The notes below the pieces were generated by a model that had not been told where the DNA came from, did no database searches, and saw nothing but the letters and a program-made list of their open reading frames with translations. From Sphaerodactylus townsendi (Eukaryota), in the NCBI RefSeq assembly GCF_021028975.2, contig NC_059428.1, positions 153,822,001 to 153,886,000 on the forward strand: a stretch of 64,000 bases of DNA, read 5' to 3'. Of this stretch, positions 61,164 through 64,000 are shown in pieces. How positions within the stretch are numbered: the first letter of the stretch is position 1; every line of letters starts with the position of its first letter. The translations under genes were made by a program, and so were the position numbers.

Positions 61164-61465
61164 TAGGCGTGCTCAGGGTGGATAGATGTTGCAAAGCCCA
61201 GACAACAGCTGCCTGAAAGCCAGGGACACTGCTGAAAAGCCTGAAGGCAGCTCTCTTCCTTATGTCTTCCTGAAAAGGAATTGGCTCTGATGAAAGAGAA
61301 ATGAACAGTCCTCAGTGACGAGCAGGTGGGGTCAGTAAGGAAAAATTTACTTGAGGATCACACCTGTGCATGGGACTGTGTGGGGTGAGACAATCCTGCA
61401 GGCCCCCAGTCATTCCGGGCTTGTTTTACACTCTGTATCGTGATGTATCCTGTGCTTTGCTGCAG

Positions 61466-61612
61466 TGGATGAGATGCTCCGGGCCATCAAGACGTTACGC
61501 AGCGAGAAAGCCATCCTGGCCAAGAAGCGCCAGATCATGCGCTTCATGTTTGGCGATTACAGGAAGAAGATGGCAGAAGACTGGCAGAAACAGCTGAAGC
61601 TCATGCAGACAG
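61466..61612 (+). CDS. C8orf33: C8orf33 homolog, module-2 exon b
   Basis: VDEMLRAIKTLRSEKAILAKKRQIMRFMFGDYRKKMAEDW. Confidence 0.92.
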
Positions 61613-62182
61613 GTAGGGTGGTCAAATAGGGTCCTGGGTAGGAATTTGGAAGTAGCATTTTTAAGCTAGTGCAGCCATGAATTGGGACTTCTCTCTCCCT
61701 CTCCCCAGTTTAGGTTGTGGTCAAGATTAGATATTAGTTTAGCTGTATAGACCCCATTTTCCACCTTGGGTTTTCAGGTACATGCCTACACCCTGCACAT
61801 CTGGTTGCCTCATCCTTTTTTGGATATGTTACCTCTGCCTTTAATTATTTCAGCTTTTGGGCAGGGGGCGGGGGATAGAATTTTGACTCTCTTGAATTAG
61901 AGCTCTCTTTTTTTCTTTTAATTTCAATCTCAGCCTGAAAATATGTTCAGTTGATCACAGCCAGTGGCTGAGGAAAGGGGATCAGTGGATAGAGGGGGGG
62001 AAACTCTTGTTTGCCACGATTTTTTTAGACCACTGGCTGCAGGAATCGGCTTCCCTAAGAAGCTCTGCTTAATGTTAATTGAAAAAAAGCAAATGTTCTG
62101 GCCTTATGGCTGTAAATTGATACTCAGAAGTGTGTGGAGAGTATCTTGGTAACACAGTATAACATACAGAAGCTGTAAATCA

Positions 62183-62297
62183 TAGGTGTCAAACTCGTGG
62201 CCCTCCGGATGTTATGGACTACAGTTCCCATGATGCTGGCAGGGGATGATGGGAACTGCAGTCCATAACATCTGGAGGGCTGCGAGTTTGACACCTG
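62183..62297. mobile_element. hAT-type palindromic MITE
   Basis: TIR AGGTGTCAAACTCG; GGACTACAGTTCCCAT core shared with the other copies. Confidence 0.75.
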
Positions 62298-62604
62298 GCG
62301 TCTAACGAACAAAAGAAGGGACTTCAACCCTTCCCAGAGAAGATGAATATTCTCAAAATGGCAGTTGATGCAGAACGTTCAGTACAGAAGAAGAGAACAA
62401 ATTCAAGCATCAGCTCTAAAATGCCATCCGTTTTTGAAGCCTTTTCTCCCAGGCCAACTGAGCACGGCACATTTTCCTCTGTACGTCAGTTGCTAGGTGG
62501 GCAAATAGGTCTGAGGTGGATTGATGAAAAATGGCATTAAAGATGTTGATTTACATTATACATTGGGATTCAGATCATAACAGTGCTCCTTCTCTCCCCT
62601 GAAG

Positions 62605-62813
62605 CTTCAAAGGCCGCTCGTATCACAGAAGTGACTGAAGATGCCCGCAGAAAGAGCAGCCAGGTTTTCAGGAAGTCTGTGGAAGTGGCTGGGAGAAGTC
62701 AGAACCCCAAGGATCCTCTTCTCAGCCCGGAAAACCCACAACAACCAGAGGCTGATTTTTGCCCTTTTACGTTCACGCCATCTCAAGAAAAGTTCCGGTT
62801 TAATTTTTTCTAA
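62605..62813 (+). CDS. C8orf33: C8orf33 homolog, last exon
   Basis: SKAARITEV...EKFRFNFF*; the C-terminal FRFNFF is typical of C8orf33. Confidence 0.92.
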
Positions 62814-63068
62814 GAACAATGGTTGAACGCTTGTAGGCTGATTTTTGTCAGGTGCTGACAATTCTGGCCACAGTTTGCTTTGAAAGAAGCTTCGGCTTTT
62901 GTTGCACCGTTGCTTTTAAGGGTAGAAACAGATGCAAAAATGTTTAACAAAATACCTGGGAGAGGGGAAGGGGATGATATTTTGCATCCTGCTTGCTACA
63001 GTCTCTGCTTTACATCAAGGCGCCGTTTGGGTGGTTCAGCAGGTGGCTTTGCCATCTCATTTACTGAC

Positions 63069-63074
63069 AATAAA
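63069..63074 (+). terminator. Candidate poly(A) signal of the C8orf33 homolog (second at 63288-63293)
   Basis: AATAAA downstream of the stop codon. Confidence 0.5.
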
Positions 63075-63718
63075 ATGGCCAAATCTATTTATGAACAGAG
63101 GGCTGGAGGAATAATGGCAAGTAGCAAAAGATACCAGCTTCCCTGGGAAGTTGGCCTATGAAGGGAGAGCCCCTCTGTGTTAAATGTACTCTTTGAAAGC
63201 TCTGCTTGAATTGTAGAATCAGGGAGAAGAAAGGGGTGTGTGTGTGGTTGTAATGGAAACTGTATCAAGTGAAGAGCTACAAGAATCAATAAAAATATCC
63301 TCCTGTATATCTCTATCCAGACCTTGTTCTTCTTAATGCAGTTGCTTTCTGCAGCCAATCATTGCTGGAATGGTCTTCTGGTATGGCATTTGACATGGTT
63401 CACTGGAATTGCTCACTAGAAGGAATAAGGCCAGGTCACTTCCATTATTTGGTGTGGAGCTGTAGTGACAGGCAGTCTTCTGGTTTAGCATCTGACTTGG
63501 CTTGACAAATGTGATGTGGATTATGAGGAGTGAAATGGGCAAATGAGGCAACAGGTTCAGCTTCAGGTTTTTGTTCTGGAGATGTTCCTCCATCACCATG
63601 CCCTGACTAGCCAAGTTTCTTTGGTAGTTTGATCCATGAATTTTCCCTGGAATTGGGCGGAATTGGGTCACCTCCGTTGTTTGGTATGGAGCTGTGGTGG
63701 CTGGGTCATGGTCTAGGG

Positions 63719-63908
63719 CAGCGGTTCTCAACCTGTGGGTCGTGACCCCTTTTGGGGTCGAATGACCCTTTCACAGGGGTCACCTTTCACAGGGGTCTCT
63801 GCATCAGTGTTCTCCATCTGTAAATGGATAAATGTTAGGGTTGGGGCTCACCGCAACATGAGGAACTGTATTAAAGGGTCGCGGCATTAGGAAGGTTGAG
63901 AACCACTG
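63719..63908. mobile_element. SPIN (Space Invader, hAT-Charlie) non-autonomous element
   Basis: TIRs CAGCGGTTCTCAACCT / AGGTTGAGAACCACTG; 8-bp TSD GTCTAGGG; internal sequence like SPIN/URR1. Confidence 0.85.
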
Positions 63909-64000
63909 GTCTAGGGAATGGGGCTGGAAAAGATTTCCTGAAGGGATGGAGATGGAGACTTGGACTGCCACCAGCAGCAGATGCTTTGAGAAAGGTGCTG

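Overview
Vertebrate genomic DNA, most likely a squamate. The repeat repertoire points to a gecko: a tRNA-derived SINE with a (CTT)n tail, 5S-headed SINEs, Penelope, CR1, L2, RTE, hAT/SPIN and Harbinger MITEs. Three spliced + strand genes were assembled by hand with consistent splice phases. ATP6V0C has 3 coding exons (152 aa, 14322-31809). AMDHD2 has 11 coding exons (410 aa, 38145-48947). A C8orf33/UPF0488 homolog (about 51708-62813) is a two-module internal duplication and carries a locally duplicated exon. The first 13.8 kb, which the ORF track does not explain, appears to hold two decayed multi-exon genes. One is on the minus strand, head-to-head with ATP6V0C; its exon remnants match, in order, motifs I recall from CIROZ/C1orf127 (ZP-N domain, ciliated left-right organizer protein). 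The other is a + strand 3-exon signal-peptide gene nested in one of its introns, with four premature stops and an upstream RFX X-box. Other highlights are a ~660-bp inverted duplication bracketing ATP6V0C exon 2, CLEAR/M-box sites at both ATP6V0C and AMDHD2, a Penelope hammerhead core in an AMDHD2 intron, and a SPIN MITE. Some segments look like unpolished long-read sequence, so single-base indels need caution. All homology statements are from recall, not from database searches.
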